The notes: generated by a model not told the origin, from the sequence alone. A stretch of DNA of 64,000 bases from Deltaproteobacteria bacterium (GCA_034670305.1 JAXMNT010000006.1:96001-160000); one strand, 5' to 3'; positions 27,835 through 39,222 are shown, counted from the stretch's first letter. Numbers and translations: made by a program.

Positions 27835-28767
27835 GTGACCTCGCTTCAAATCAGTCTCGCTTCCGTCCCATCTCCCAGCGCCTGTCCGGTCCCCGCATCC
27901 GACGCCGCCGACCTCCCCGAGCCGCCGCAACGGCTCGAGTTCGAGATCGAGGACGAGATGGTCCGAGCCCTGGACGATGGCTACTCAGGCCGCCTTCGCT
28001 GCGATCATCCAGCCGCCGACGTCGATGGCGAGGCGCTTGGGGAGCAGCTGCTCGCAACCGCCGACGAACGTGGTCGTGGCCGTGTCGTCGTGCTGGCCCC
28101 ACCAGCGGTGGCCGACGGACTGCTGGCGGCTGGTTTCGAAGAAGAAGGCCGGATCCCTGGCTTCTACCGAGGTACCTCCGACTGCCTCGTGCTCGGGGCG
28201 TACCCCGACGAAGAGCGCAGCGACCTGGCGCGGCCAGTGCTCGTGGAAGAGGTCCACGATCTGCTGGAGCAACAAGACGCCGCGCCCGCTGCGCGCCGCG
28301 ACGTGGAGACGAGCCTGGCAACGGTAGAGGACGCGGAGAAGATCGCGGAGCTCTTGGGGGACACGTTTGCCCAGTACCCAACACCTAGCAGTGACCCGGC
28401 ATACGTCGCCGAGGCGATCCGCGACGGTGTGCCGTTCCGCATCGTCGAACGGGAAGGCGAGATCGCCGCGTGCGCCAGCGCGGACCTGGTGCGGGAAGCC
28501 TGCACCGCTGAACTCACCGATTGCGCGACCCGGCCGACCCACCGCGGCCAGGGGCTCATGCAGGCCATCCTGAACGACCTGATGGACGACCTGCGCGACC
28601 TGTCCTACCCGACCGCCTTCACCTTGGCGCGCGCCCGCATCCCGGGGGTGAACCTCGCGTTCCAGCGCCTCGGCTTCGAACTCTGCGGCACCATGCCCCA
28701 GAGCTGCCGCATCGGCGACGGCATCGAAGACATGAACATCTGGGCCCGTTCGCTCGAAGCCGCCTGA
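27835..28767 (+). CDS. Putative beta-lysine N-acetyltransferase (AblB/YodP-like GNAT)
   Basis: GF.EEG.IPGFY; YPTP; AELTDCAT.P.HRGQGLM; TLARA...G.N..F..LGF; C.IG.G.EDMNIW. Confidence 0.8.
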   Translation: MTSLQISLASVPSPSACPVPASDAADLPEPPQRLEFEIEDEMVRALDDGYSGRLRCDHPAADVDGEALGEQLLATADERGRGRVVVLAPPAVADGLLAAGFEEEGRIPGFYRGTSDCLVLGAYPDEERSDLARPVLVEEVHDLLEQQDAAPAARRDVETSLATVEDAEKIAELLGDTFAQYPTPSSDPAYVAEAIRDGVPFRIVEREGEIAACASADLVREACTAELTDCATRPTHRGQGLMQAILNDLMDDLRDLSYPTAFTLARARIPGVNLAFQRLGFELCGTMPQSCRIGDGIEDMNIWARSLEAA

Positions 28768-28774
28768 GACCGCT

Positions 28775-29923
28775 TCAGGGGCAGTGTTCGCCGAGACCCG
28801 TGAAGGTGTCGATCGCGAACGCGTCCCATTCCACCGACGGATCGAACGCGTCCATCGTCATGGTGTCGCCCATCGTCACCGAGCACTTGCGGCGCAGGGT
28901 GCGGTCCTTCGTGCTGACGCCGCCGCCGGTCCAGGCTTCGCCCGGATCGTTGAGGTCGTTGGCGCCGAAGCTGTCCAACGTCACGCCATCGCACTGAAGT
29001 ACGTACGCGTCGTTGCCGTTGTGCGAGATCTGGCCGCCCGAGATGTCGCAGAGCGGCGCAGGGATGTCGCCCGTGCTGTTGCACGCGACGAAGCTCGCGT
29101 TCGGCCCGAGGGACCCGGTGAGCGGCGTCATGCGCAGCGTGGAGGTGCCGGCGTTGACGTAGAGCAGCAACACGCAGCCGGACAGGTCCGCGGTCCCACC
29201 GCCGATGTTGCTCACCTCGACCGCCTTGTTGTTGCCGCTTCCTTCGACGACTTCGCTGATGATCAGGATCGGGTCCGGTCCGGCATCCATCGGGCCGACG
29301 TCGGTGCCGGCATCGGTGCCCGCGTCGGTGCCCCCATCGGTGCCTGCGTCGGTGCCCGGCGCATCCACGCCCGGCGCATCGGGCGTGAACCCGTCCACGC
29401 CCATGTCGGGGCCTGCGTCGAACGGAACGGTCGCGTCCACGCCTGCGTCGGACATCTCACCGATGCACATGCCGGCGTTGCAATCGGCGTCCGGCGACGC
29501 ACACATCACGTCCAAACAGGAGCGGGTGAGCTCCACCCGAACCACCTGGTTGGTGCCCGATGAGAAGCGGACGTTGGAGACCACGCGCCGAACCCGCTCG
29601 GTGCCGGCCCGAAGACCGAACACCCGGATCTGGATGGCTTCGCCCGCGGCCGTGCTGCCCGGTCGAATGACGAGGGTCTGCGGCCAGGTGCCCGGAAGAT
29701 CGGTCGTGGTGTCGGCCATCACGCCGGAGGGCGCAGTCACCATCACCCGCAACTGATCGAGGTCGGCGGGCACCGACAGATCGCTCGAGCTGACCTCGAC
29801 CGTGATCGCGGTCTGGTCCGCGCAGCCAAACGCCAGGCTGCCCAGGGTCAGCAGTGCGATGCCCGAAGACAACACCGCGAAGCCCGCAGGGGGGCGCCAG
29901 GATTCTCGGGAGAAGAAAGCCAT
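28775..29923 (-). CDS. Lipoprotein with a C-terminal lamin-tail domain
   Basis: SLAFGC lipobox, DAGT repeats, IISEVVEGSGNNKAVE, NGNDA...TLRRK. Confidence 0.8.
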   Translation of the reverse strand: MAFFSRESWRPPAGFAVLSSGIALLTLGSLAFGCADQTAITVEVSSSDLSVPADLDQLRVMVTAPSGVMADTTTDLPGTWPQTLVIRPGSTAAGEAIQIRVFGLRAGTERVRRVVSNVRFSSGTNQVVRVELTRSCLDVMCASPDADCNAGMCIGEMSDAGVDATVPFDAGPDMGVDGFTPDAPGVDAPGTDAGTDGGTDAGTDAGTDVGPMDAGPDPILIISEVVEGSGNNKAVEVSNIGGGTADLSGCVLLLYVNAGTSTLRMTPLTGSLGPNASFVACNSTGDIPAPLCDISGGQISHNGNDAYVLQCDGVTLDSFGANDLNDPGEAWTGGGVSTKDRTLRRKCSVTMGDTMTMDAFDPSVEWDAFAIDTFTGLGEHCP

Positions 29924-29961
29924 CCAGAGGACCATAGCCCGCCGGAGCAAAAGGGGCACGG

Positions 29962-30759
29962 TCACTCGTCGACCGGCGGGGCGGCCCCGAAGCCGAGCAC
30001 CATCCGCCCACCGCCGGTTTGGCGGGCCCCCGCGATGGCCGCCGTCATCCACCCAAACGCCCGTTCGATCGCGTCCTCAACGGGCCTTCCTTGAGCGAGG
30101 CCCGCCGCGATCGCGGAGGAGAGCGCGCAGCCGGTGCCGTGGATGTCGTGCGGCACGCGCGCCCGCTCGAACCGGCGCACCCCGCCCGCGGTCACGAGCA
30201 TGTCCACCGAACGGCCCTCATCGGCGTGGTGCCCTCCCTTCACCAGCACCGCCGAGACCCCGCGGGCCAACAGTGCCTCCCCCGCGCGGATCGCGTCGTC
30301 CGCCGACTGCACATCGACGCCGCTGAGCAGGGCGGCCTCTGGACCGTTCGGGGTCAACACTTCGACGCGTTCCCACCAGTGGGCGAACCACGATGCGTCG
30401 CCGAGCGTGGTGCCGCTGGTCGAGACCAGCACCGGGTCGAGCACCACCGGCCCGTCGCCGAGCGCCTCCCACGCGGCCTCGGCGACCTCGCGGCTGCCGA
30501 GCGCCCCGACCTTGATCGCGGCCGGTGGGCAATCCGCGAAAAGCGCGCGAATGGACGCGGCCACCACCGCCGGCGCCAGCGGCGTGACCGAGGCCACGCC
30601 CATCGTGTTCTGGACGGTCAGCGCCGTCGGTACCGCCATGCCGAACACATCGAAGGCCGCGAACGTTTTGAGGTCAGCCTGGACGCCTGCACCGCCGGAT
30701 GGGTCCGAGGCGGCGATGGTGAGCGCGATCCGTGGGGGCGCTGGCGGGTCGGCGATCAT
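29962..30759 (-). CDS. thiD: Hydroxymethylpyrimidine/phosphomethylpyrimidine kinase
   Basis: LTIAASDPSGGAGVQADLKT, TPN..EA, KGGH, HGTGCALSSA. Confidence 0.93.
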   Translation of the reverse strand: MIADPPAPPRIALTIAASDPSGGAGVQADLKTFAAFDVFGMAVPTALTVQNTMGVASVTPLAPAVVAASIRALFADCPPAAIKVGALGSREVAEAAWEALGDGPVVLDPVLVSTSGTTLGDASWFAHWWERVEVLTPNGPEAALLSGVDVQSADDAIRAGEALLARGVSAVLVKGGHHADEGRSVDMLVTAGGVRRFERARVPHDIHGTGCALSSAIAAGLAQGRPVEDAIERAFGWMTAAIAGARQTGGGRMVLGFGAAPPVDE

Positions 30760-30785
30760 GCAGAGGCATGCTAGCCCAGGCGTCT

Positions 30786-32189
30786 ATGTCCAGCCGGACT
30801 GCTTCCAGCTTCTGCCGATGGCTCGTCTGCGCGTCGCTCGCGCTGTCGGGTCTCGCTGTGGCGGGCGTGTCGGGGTGCGACGAGCCGGCGCCGCAGACCG
30901 AAGCCGAAGTCGCCCCGCCCGAGGTGGAACCCGAGCCGGAACCCGAACCGGCGCCGACCGTGGAGCACACCGTCGAAGCGGGCCAGACGCTCTGGGACAT
31001 CGCGCGTTCCTACGAGGTCTCGGTGGATGAGATCATGGAACTCAACGAGATGAGCGACCGCGACGTGCGGAGGCTCAGCAAGGGGCGGGTGCTGCGCGTG
31101 CCGGCCGCGGAAGTCGTGGAGGTCACCCGGAACGAACCGGTGCGCATCGAAGACCTGCCAGCCCTCGAAGACGGCGCATACCACGTGCTTGCGGACGGCG
31201 AGACGCTCTGGGACCTCGCCTCCACCTACGACGTCGGTGTCGAGGACCTCATGACCCGCAACGAGCTGAGCGACGACGACGTGCGCGGGCTGCGACCGGG
31301 CCGTCCGGTCATCGTGCCAGGCGTGGAGCAGTCGGCGATTCGAGTCGCGGAACCCGCGGCGCGTTCACGCGGCATGCGCCACCGCGTCGCGCGCGGAGAG
31401 ACGATTTGGGATCTCGCGCGCTCCTTTCGAGTGAGCGTCTCGGCGTTGATGTCCGCCAACAACCTCTCGCAGGAAGAAGCGTCGGGCTTGCGCGAAGGGC
31501 AGCGGCTCTGGATCCCGGGCGGCGGGCGACGCAGCGCCATTCGAACCAACGACGACCTCTCGCCCCGGCAGCGGCGCGCCCAACGGAAGGCCGAACGACT
31601 CGGACTCGGCAGCGCGAAGATCGCGCGCCAGCTCTTGCACGGCCGGGTCGAGCGTCGGTGGATGCGGGCGGCCGGCGGCAACCGCATGCCCGGCACACTG
31701 CGATGGCCCGTGACCAACGGCCGGTTCGTCCGGGGCTTCGGTTCGGGCGAAGGCGCGTACCACCTCGCGGTGGACATCGCCGGCGACCTCGGCTGGAACG
31801 TGCGGGCCGCCGCGCGGGGCATCGTCGCGTACAGCGGCGACGAGGTGCGCGGGTACGGGCACATGGTGCTCGTCATTCACCCGGGCGGGTGGGTGACGAT
31901 GTACGCGCACAACTCGATCAACTTCGTCGTGGCGGGCGAAGAGGTGCCGGCCGGCGGCGTGCTCGCGGAGCTCGGCAGCACCGGCATCAGCCGAGGGCCG
32001 CACGTGCACTTCGAGTTCATTCACGACGGACGCAACTGCGACCCGGCGGCGCTCTTCCGCCCGGGCGTGCGGCACCGCAGCCGCCTGGCCCGCATCGAGC
32101 GCGCGAGTTGGACGCGGGAGAAGCCGGAGAGCGTGATCTGCCACCCGAGGCGAAGACACCCGCGCAGCCGCTGGGTGATGCACGAGTAG
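30786..32189 (+). CDS. Lipoprotein with three LysM domains and an M23 peptidase
   Basis: Three H.V..G.T[LI]WD.A LysM motifs; HLAVDI, YAH, GPHVHFE. Confidence 0.9.
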   Translation: MSSRTASSFCRWLVCASLALSGLAVAGVSGCDEPAPQTEAEVAPPEVEPEPEPEPAPTVEHTVEAGQTLWDIARSYEVSVDEIMELNEMSDRDVRRLSKGRVLRVPAAEVVEVTRNEPVRIEDLPALEDGAYHVLADGETLWDLASTYDVGVEDLMTRNELSDDDVRGLRPGRPVIVPGVEQSAIRVAEPAARSRGMRHRVARGETIWDLARSFRVSVSALMSANNLSQEEASGLREGQRLWIPGGGRRSAIRTNDDLSPRQRRAQRKAERLGLGSAKIARQLLHGRVERRWMRAAGGNRMPGTLRWPVTNGRFVRGFGSGEGAYHLAVDIAGDLGWNVRAAARGIVAYSGDEVRGYGHMVLVIHPGGWVTMYAHNSINFVVAGEEVPAGGVLAELGSTGISRGPHVHFEFIHDGRNCDPAALFRPGVRHRSRLARIERASWTREKPESVICHPRRRHPRSRWVMHE

Positions 32190-32234
32190 AACCGCGCATT
32201 CGAATCCGTAGGAGAAGAGGTGCGCCCGCGGTTC

Positions 32235-32527
32235 CGTGCCCGTGCCCGTGCCCGTGCCCGGGGTTCGCACCGATCCCGACGCCGACGCCGACGCCGACGC
32301 CGAAGCCGAAGCCGATGCCGAAGCCGATGCCGAAGCCGATGCCGACGCCGACGCCGATGCCGATGCCGAAGCCGACGCCGACGCCGACGCCGAAGCCGAA
32401 GCCGATGCCGAAGCCGATGCCGACGCCGATGCCGACGCCGATGCCGAACCCGATGCCGATGCCGACGCCGACGCCGTGCCGAAGCCGACGCCGAAGCCGA
32501 TGCCGACGCCGACGCCGACGCCGACGA
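32235..32527. repeat. (GTGCCC)4 plus (GCCGAN)n hexamer tract between convergent genes
   Basis: Direct reading. Confidence 0.95.
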
Positions 32528-32531
32528 CCGC

Positions 32532-35500
32532 TCAGTCCGCCGGAGGCGGGGTCCGGTCTCGAGGGCGCCATGCCATGTAGAGGACCGGGAGGACGATCAG
32601 GGTGGCGAGGGTTGCGGTGATCATGCCGCCGACCACGACGGTCGCGAGCGGGCGTTGCACTTCGGCGCCGACGCCGGTGTTGAGGGCCATCGGGACGAAG
32701 CCGAGCGCGGCGACGAGGGCGGTCATCAAGACCGGGCGCAGGCGCGAGAGCGCGGCCTCTCGGACCGCGTCCACGCGGCGTTGCCCGTGGTCGAGCACCG
32801 CGCGGATCCGGGCGACGAGCACCATGTCGCCCAACACCGCGACGCCGCACAACGCGACGAAGCCGACCCCCGCGGAGATCGAGAACGGCAGGTCCCGCGC
32901 CCAGAGGGCCAGCACGCCGCCGACCGCTCCGAAGGGCACGCCGACGAAGACACGCAGCGCATCGCGCAGGGTGCCGTACGTCAGGTAGAGCAACCCGAAG
33001 ACGAGCAGCAGCGCGAGCGGGATCACGATCGTCAGCCGGGTGCGCGCACGTTCGAGGTTCTCGAACTGACCACCCACCGACACGTACATGCCATCCGGCA
33101 ACGGGTGGTCGGCCAGCATCGTCTGCACGTCGGCGACGAAGGAGCCGAGGTCTCGGCCTTGCACGTTCGCCTGGACGACGACGCGCCGCTTGGCCCACAC
33201 GCGCTGGATCGACGAGGGGCCTTCGAAGACCTCGACCCGGGCGACCTGCTCGAGCGGAACCCGCGCGCCGCTCGCGGTCGGAACCCGCAGCCGTCGCAGC
33301 GCCGGCACGGTCGAGCGCGCGTCTTCGCCCAGGCGCAGGACCACGTCGAAGCGACGCTGTCCGTCCACGATCTCCCCCACGCGCCGGGTCCCGACCGAAG
33401 CGATCAGATCGAGCAGTTCGCCCGCAGGCACGCCGAGACGACCGGCGGCCTCGCGGTCGATCTCGATGGCGAGCATGGCTTGCCCGGTGAGCTGTTCGAC
33501 GCTCACGTCGGCGGCGCCGTCGATCGCCTCGAGCGCCGCCCCCAGCTGGTCCGCTTCGCGGCGAAGTGCGTCGAGGTCGTCCCCGAAGAGCTCGAGCCCG
33601 ACGTCGGCTCGGATGCCCGCGACCATCTCGTTGAGCCGCATCTCGATCGGCTGAGTGAAGATGCTGCGCATGCCGGGCAGACCGTCGAGCGTGGCGCGCA
33701 TGTGGTCGACGAGCCCGTCCTGGTCCTGCGCCACCGTCCACTCATCGCGTGGCGTGAGCGTGACGAAGACGTCCGAGACCTCGAGGCCCATGGGGTCGGT
33801 CGCGACCTCCGCGGTGCCGGTCCGCGTCCAGACATGCGCGACCTCGTCTGGGAAGCGCTCGAGCAGAAGGCGCTCGATCTGGGTGCCGTAGCGCACGGAC
33901 TCATCGAGCGAGACGCCAGCGATGCGCACCGTGTTGATGACCACCGCCTGTTCGCGAAGCCGGGGCACGAACTCCGAGCCGAGCTGCGTCGCGAGGCCAG
34001 CCGCAGCGAGCACCACGCAGACCGCGCTGCCGAGCACGAGGCGGGGATGGGCGAGGGCGCGCGCGAGCGCGGGCCGGTACACGACGAGCAGCGCGCGCAT
34101 CAACACTTGGTCGATGCGTTTGGCGCGTTGGGCGTGGACCGGGCGGCGCTTGCGTTCGAGCGCGTAGCTGGCGAGCACCGGCATCAGCGTGACCGAGAGC
34201 AGCATCGAGCCGAGCAGGGCGAACACGACCGTCAGCGCCATGGGCCGGAACAGCTTGCCTTCGATGCCCTCCAGCGTGAGCACCGGCAGGTAGACGGCGG
34301 CGATGACGAGCTCGCCGAAGAGCGTCGGGCGGCGTACTTCGACCGCGGCATCGCGGACGACATCGCGCACCGGACGGTCTGGTTCCTCACCCACCCGGCG
34401 CGCGGCGTTCTCCACCATCACGACGGAGCTGTCGACGACGAGCCCGAAGTCGATCGCACCAAGACTCATCAGGCTGCCCGCGATCCCGAACCGGATCATC
34501 GCGTCGAAGGCAAAGAGCATCGAGAGCGGAATCGCGAGGGCGACGATCAGCCCCGCGCGCACGCTCCCGAGGAACATGAAAAGCACCGCGACGACCAGCA
34601 GAGCGCCCTCGAGCAGGTTCTCCTGCACGGTCTCGAGCACTTGGTCGACAAGATCGGTCCGCTCGTACACGCGCGTCAGCGCGGCGCCTTCGGGCAGTGT
34701 GTGTTCGACCTCGATCAGCCGTTCACGCAGCCGCTCGGTCAGCGCGTGGCTGTTCTCTCCCGCGAGCATGAACCCGAGTCCGAGCACGGCTTCCCCCTGC
34801 CCCTGGTAGGTCACTGCGCCGCGGCGGGTCTCGTGGCCGACGCGGACTTCCGCGACGTCGGAGAGGTGAACCGGCACGCCGTCTGCGTGCGCGAGGACCA
34901 TCGAGGCGAGATCCTCGGGCCCCGTCGCCAGCCCTTGCCCTTGCACGAGCAACGCCTCGCCGGCCTGGTCGAGCGAGCCTCCGCCGACGTTTCGGTTCCC
35001 CTCTCGGAGCGCACGCGCCACGTCGTCGAGGGTGAGTTCGTGCGCCGCGAGCGCGTCGGGGTCGACGAGTACATGGACCTGTTTCTCCCGGCCACCCCAC
35101 GTGTTGATCTCCGCGACGCCAGGCACCTGGACGAGCTGCGGCCGCACCACCCAGTGGTGCAGGGTGCGGAGCTCTTCGGGCGAGAGCGTCTCGCTGTGAA
35201 GCACGTACTGGAACACCTCGCCGAGCCCGGTCGCGATGGGACCAAGGGAGGGCGGACGCACATCGACCGGCAATCGCACGGAGCCCACCCGCTCGCTGAC
35301 GAGTTGGCGCGCGCGAAAGAGGCCGCCCCCTTCGAGCGCGGCGTCGTCCTCGAACACCGTGGTCACCTGGGAGAACCCGAACTTCGAAACGGAGCGGACC
35401 TCCCGCAGGCCCGGCAGCCCCGAGAGCGCTTGTTCGATGGGGAAGGTGACCTGCCGCTCGACCTCCAGCGGAGAGAGCGCGGGCGCGTTCGTGTTGACCT

Positions 35501-35642
35501 GAACCTGCACCGGCGTCGTGTCCGGGAACGCGTCGAGCGGGAGCTCGCCCATCCGGACCAGACCGAAACACGTGAAGAGCGCGGCCGCGAGCAGCACCAC
35601 GGGGCGGTGGTTCAGGCAGAGGTCGATGAGGCGCGTCAACAT
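32532..35642 (-). CDS. czcA: Heavy-metal efflux RND transporter, CzcA/CusA family
   Basis: [45 protein letters not shown]; 1036 aa. Confidence 0.93.
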   Translation of the reverse strand: MLTRLIDLCLNHRPVVLLAAALFTCFGLVRMGELPLDAFPDTTPVQVQVNTNAPALSPLEVERQVTFPIEQALSGLPGLREVRSVSKFGFSQVTTVFEDDAALEGGGLFRARQLVSERVGSVRLPVDVRPPSLGPIATGLGEVFQYVLHSETLSPEELRTLHHWVVRPQLVQVPGVAEINTWGGREKQVHVLVDPDALAAHELTLDDVARALREGNRNVGGGSLDQAGEALLVQGQGLATGPEDLASMVLAHADGVPVHLSDVAEVRVGHETRRGAVTYQGQGEAVLGLGFMLAGENSHALTERLRERLIEVEHTLPEGAALTRVYERTDLVDQVLETVQENLLEGALLVVAVLFMFLGSVRAGLIVALAIPLSMLFAFDAMIRFGIAGSLMSLGAIDFGLVVDSSVVMVENAARRVGEEPDRPVRDVVRDAAVEVRRPTLFGELVIAAVYLPVLTLEGIEGKLFRPMALTVVFALLGSMLLSVTLMPVLASYALERKRRPVHAQRAKRIDQVLMRALLVVYRPALARALAHPRLVLGSAVCVVLAAAGLATQLGSEFVPRLREQAVVINTVRIAGVSLDESVRYGTQIERLLLERFPDEVAHVWTRTGTAEVATDPMGLEVSDVFVTLTPRDEWTVAQDQDGLVDHMRATLDGLPGMRSIFTQPIEMRLNEMVAGIRADVGLELFGDDLDALRREADQLGAALEAIDGAADVSVEQLTGQAMLAIEIDREAAGRLGVPAGELLDLIASVGTRRVGEIVDGQRRFDVVLRLGEDARSTVPALRRLRVPTASGARVPLEQVARVEVFEGPSSIQRVWAKRRVVVQANVQGRDLGSFVADVQTMLADHPLPDGMYVSVGGQFENLERARTRLTIVIPLALLLVFGLLYLTYGTLRDALRVFVGVPFGAVGGVLALWARDLPFSISAGVGFVALCGVAVLGDMVLVARIRAVLDHGQRRVDAVREAALSRLRPVLMTALVAALGFVPMALNTGVGAEVQRPLATVVVGGMITATLATLIVLPVLYMAWRPRDRTPPPAD

Positions 35643-35646
35643 CGCG

Positions 35647-37095
35647 TCACTCGTCTCCCGTCCCGCCTGGGACCTCGCAGCAGCCCGCGCCGATGCTCCC
35701 CGGCAAGACCTCGGTGCGCAGGAGCACCGCGCCGGTGGTCACGACGGCGTCGCCGACCTCGACGCGCCCGACGACGTGCACCAGGCCATCGGCTTCCGCG
35801 CCTTCGCTGGCCGATCGGGTGACGACGCGCGGGTGGTACTCGCCCTCCGAGACCCGCACGAACACGACCTCGTGACCGCCCACGCGTTGAACCGCGGTCC
35901 GCGGCACGCCCACACCCTCAGAAGGCGCATCCGCGTGGACCCGCGCCCGGCCGTACTGCTCCGCGCGCAAACGGCCGTCTGGGTTCGCGAGCTCGATGCG
36001 CGCGGTGACGGTGCGTGTGCGCTCGTCGAGTTCTGCGGCCACCCAGGTGACTTCGCCATCGACGGTGTGTCCGCCGACTTCGACGCGTGCGTGGGCGCCG
36101 ACGGTCAGCGACGACGCGTCCGCTTCGCGCACGTCGCAGAGCGCCCACATGCGCGAGGTGTCGACGATCATGGCGAGCGCGCGGTCGGGGGAAGCGAGCG
36201 TGCCAAGGACGGCGGGACGACGCACGACTTCGCCGGCGATCGGTGCTCGAACGACGGCGCGGCCGTTCGGGGTCGCGCCGCCCGCGCCCGCGACGCGCAG
36301 AAAGGCTTGGGCGGAGCGGACGTCGGTGGACGCCGACGCGTGCTCGCGCTCCGCCAACTCGACGTCGCGGGCGGCGTTGACGTCGTCCTCGCGAAGGGAC
36401 CGCTGCCGCGTCAGGTTGGCGTCCGCGATCCGAAGTCGTTCGCGGGCGCGGGCGAGCGCCCCCTGACCGTCGCTGACTTGGCTGGCTTCGAGATCGAAGA
36501 GCGGCTGGCCGGCGGTGACGTGGTCTCCGAGATCCACCCGGACGCGACGCACGACGCCGCTGACCGCCGAGCGCACCTCGGCGAGGCGGTCCGCGTCGAA
36601 CGCGATGTGGACGGGGCACGCGATCGCGGCGCCTGTCAGGGGGCGTGTGGCGGGTTCGGTCGCGATGCCGGCGACGCGTTCTAGATCGGTGTCGCGCAGA
36701 AACACGAACCGCGTCTCGATCTGTGCGGGCTCGAGCGGCGCGTCCTCGTCACCGCCCGCTTGGTCTGGCGCGGTCTCGTCCGGGGCGTTGGCCTCGGCCG
36801 CCCGTCGGGCGGCTTCCTCGGGATGGCAGACCGGGCAGAACGATTCCGCGAACCCATGTTCGCCGCACCAGTTGCCGCGCGCGCGGTAGACCGCTTCGAG
36901 GGTGGGGTTGCAACGTGCGCAGACCGCGTAGGGCAGCCCGTGTTCGCACACCGTGGGAGGCGTCTCACGGACGGCCCGCGGCTCGGAGGGGCCGGCGTCG
37001 TTGCATCCGAACATCGGCGACGCGAGCGCGAGCCAGAAGACGAACGATGCGGTGCCGGCTGTCGGAGTCGCAGTGGTGGTGGGGGCGGCGGTCAT
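35647..37095 (-). CDS. RND periplasmic adaptor (CzcB-like) with an N-terminal Cys/His metal-binding extension
   Basis: CEHG....C.RC / WCGEHGFAESFCPVC; VRAPIAG; TRTV..R....NPDG.LR. Confidence 0.88.
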   Translation of the reverse strand: MTAAPTTTATPTAGTASFVFWLALASPMFGCNDAGPSEPRAVRETPPTVCEHGLPYAVCARCNPTLEAVYRARGNWCGEHGFAESFCPVCHPEEAARRAAEANAPDETAPDQAGGDEDAPLEPAQIETRFVFLRDTDLERVAGIATEPATRPLTGAAIACPVHIAFDADRLAEVRSAVSGVVRRVRVDLGDHVTAGQPLFDLEASQVSDGQGALARARERLRIADANLTRQRSLREDDVNAARDVELAEREHASASTDVRSAQAFLRVAGAGGATPNGRAVVRAPIAGEVVRRPAVLGTLASPDRALAMIVDTSRMWALCDVREADASSLTVGAHARVEVGGHTVDGEVTWVAAELDERTRTVTARIELANPDGRLRAEQYGRARVHADAPSEGVGVPRTAVQRVGGHEVVFVRVSEGEYHPRVVTRSASEGAEADGLVHVVGRVEVGDAVVTTGAVLLRTEVLPGSIGAGCCEVPGGTGDE

Positions 37096-37481
37096 GGACT
37101 CGTCGGCGCCTCGGCGGGTGGACGCTCGATGACGAGACCGGGGTTGCAGACGCGGCACTGCGATTGCGGAAGTTGGTGCTCCTCGCACCAGTCGCCCGTC
37201 GCCTGGAACGCGGGGATGAGGTCCGGGTTGCAGCGCGTGCACAGCGACTCGGGCACGCCGTGTTCGCCGCACCAGTCCGCGTGCGAACCCGCCGTGACAC
37301 CGGCCGCGCGCGCGGAGGCCCAGTGGCTTTCGCCTTCGTGGTTGTCGTGCCCTTCCTCGTGGGCTTCGTGGACTGCCGCTTCACCGTCCGGGGCGTCGTC
37401 GCAGGCGGGCAAGGAGACGGCGGCCAGCAAGGCGAAGGCCAAGAAGAAGTGGGAACGGGCGTGGGTGGAGGCGAGGGTCAT
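37092..37481 (-). CDS. Small His/Cys-rich metal-binding lipoprotein
   Basis: LPAC lipobox, HEAHEEGHDNHEGESH, two WC.EH..P.S.C..CNP repeats; ATGA overlap with the adaptor gene. Confidence 0.8.
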   Translation of the reverse strand: MTLASTHARSHFFLAFALLAAVSLPACDDAPDGEAAVHEAHEEGHDNHEGESHWASARAAGVTAGSHADWCGEHGVPESLCTRCNPDLIPAFQATGDWCEEHQLPQSQCRVCNPGLVIERPPAEAPTSP

Positions 37482-37526
37482 GGTCGTGTCCTTTCGGGGG
37501 GTGTGGGTGGGGACGCGGTGGTCCCC

Positions 37527-38756
37527 CTAGGGGGAGCGTCTGGGCGCGAAGTCGTCGAGCGCGCCCCGCAGGTCGGTGGTGGCGAGCGCCGCGTCCCGCA
37601 GGAGAACTGCGAGTGCGCGACGGGTCGCGGCGAGTTCGCGCCGGACCGCGAGCAGATCCGCCAAACGGGTCGCGCCAGATTCGTACGACCGGAGCGCAAG
37701 CGCTTCGGCGCGACGCAGAGTTGCGTCGGCCGCGTCGTGGCGGTCAACAGCGGCGGCGAGTGCGTCGGCGACCTCGGCCGTGGTCGCGATCTCGGTCGAC
37801 GCAATGTGCTCGGCGAGGGCGAGTTCGTCGGCGACACGCTCCCGGCGGGCGTGGGCGCGCGCGACGCGTCCCTGGTCGCGTTCGAAGATCGGCAGGCTCA
37901 GACCGACGACGCCCCGAACGACATCGGCGCCTTCTTCGCGCTGGTACTGCACGCCGAGCGTGAGGTCCGGCGCGCGGCCGGCGCGACCGAGCCTCCCGTC
38001 CGCTTCCGCCTCCGCGACCGCCTCCCGAAGCGCGCGCACGTCCGCGCGCTCGTGTCCGTGGCCACCACGTGGCCGGTCGAGCGCGATGTCGCGAATCGAT
38101 CCTCGGGCGCGCACCCGACCGGTGCCGAGGATCTGTGCGAGCGCGCCCTGGCGCAGGTTCAGCTCGGCCAGCGACTGCTCGTGTTCGGCGTCGGTACGCA
38201 CGAGCGCCACCTCCGCGAGCGCGAGATCCAGGCCGCTCCCATCGCCGGTCTCGTGGCGACGGCGCGCGACCTCCAGCAAGGAGGCCGCCCGTTCCCGTTC
38301 GGCGGTCGCGATTCGAAGCAGCTCCGCCGCGTGCAGGGCGCGCACGAAACGCGCGCCGGTCTCGCGCAACCGCCGCCGCATCGCGTCGTCCCGTTCGGAC
38401 CCGCGCACGGCGGTGCGGGTCTGGGCCAGCGCCTCGCGGCGCGCGCCGGTCCGCCCCAAGGGGAACGACTGCACCACGCGCACCAGCACATCGACCGACT
38501 GGGAACCGTCGCGCTGCCGACGCGGGCCCGCCATCGCGACCAGGTCGGGGTTGCGGCGCCAACGGCCCGCCGTGCGCTCGTGTGCGCGCGCCTCCTCGAC
38601 GCGGGCTTCGGCGACCTGCGCCGCCAGGCCTTGCCGAGCCAGACGCAACGCGTCCTCATAGGTGATCTCGATGGCGTGATCCTGCGCACCCGCGCGCCTC
38701 ATCGTCGATGGGCATGCGAGCACGAGCAGGCACGCTCCGGCTCTCGTCCAGAACAT
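37527..38756 (-). CDS. TolC-family outer membrane efflux protein (CzcC-like)
   Basis: GGAGAAGGA RBS; NPDL, PDLTLG, LSLPIF.R.QG, YESG motifs; operon context. Confidence 0.88.
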   Translation of the reverse strand: MFWTRAGACLLVLACPSTMRRAGAQDHAIEITYEDALRLARQGLAAQVAEARVEEARAHERTAGRWRRNPDLVAMAGPRRQRDGSQSVDVLVRVVQSFPLGRTGARREALAQTRTAVRGSERDDAMRRRLRETGARFVRALHAAELLRIATAERERAASLLEVARRRHETGDGSGLDLALAEVALVRTDAEHEQSLAELNLRQGALAQILGTGRVRARGSIRDIALDRPRGGHGHERADVRALREAVAEAEADGRLGRAGRAPDLTLGVQYQREEGADVVRGVVGLSLPIFERDQGRVARAHARRERVADELALAEHIASTEIATTAEVADALAAAVDRHDAADATLRRAEALALRSYESGATRLADLLAVRRELAATRRALAVLLRDAALATTDLRGALDDFAPRRSP

Positions 38757-38859
38757 TCCTTCTCCTCCAGTGGACGCGACGCGGCGCCATGGGCTGGGTC
38801 CGATCGATCCACGCGCTCGCACGACGTCGGTGACGTCGTGCATTCAAGAGCGCGTGCGC

Positions 38860-39222
38860 TCAGGCCCGCGGAGGTCGGAAGACGCCGGTGCCCGCGCCGC
38901 GCAAGGCGCGGGTGGTAGGCGTCGCGGCTTCGGCGCCCACCTCGAGGAGACGCGCGGGGCACAGCTGCCAGGCGGTCCACACGCCGACGGATGCGGCCGG
39001 ACCCGACGCTGCGCAGGAGCATGGCTCGGGGCAATCGGGCGGACACCCGTGGTCGTCGTCGTGCTCGGCCGCGTCGTCGTCGTCTTCGGCGCTCGCTGCG
39101 TGTTCGTGGGCGTCGCCGTCGTCCACGTGCACGACGTGCGCGTGGTCGCAACAGGTCGACTCAGCAGGCTTCATGAACACGAGCGCCAACCAAACGGCGG
39201 CAAGCAGGACGACGAGCCTCAT
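38860..39222 (-). CDS. CzcI-like His/Cys-rich leader protein ending in RPPRA
   Basis: Signal peptide, His/Asp-rich stretch, CPPDCPEPCSC, C-terminal FRPPRA; first gene of the czc operon. Confidence 0.75.
   Translation of the reverse strand: MRLVVLLAAVWLALVFMKPAESTCCDHAHVVHVDDGDAHEHAASAEDDDDAAEHDDDHGCPPDCPEPCSCAASGPAASVGVWTAWQLCPARLLEVGAEAATPTTRALRGAGTGVFRPPRA

Noticed and set aside
30760-30790. TPP riboswitch upstream of thiD
   Set aside because: Only ~26 bp separate thiD from the divergent LysM gene and no TPP aptamer motif is visible
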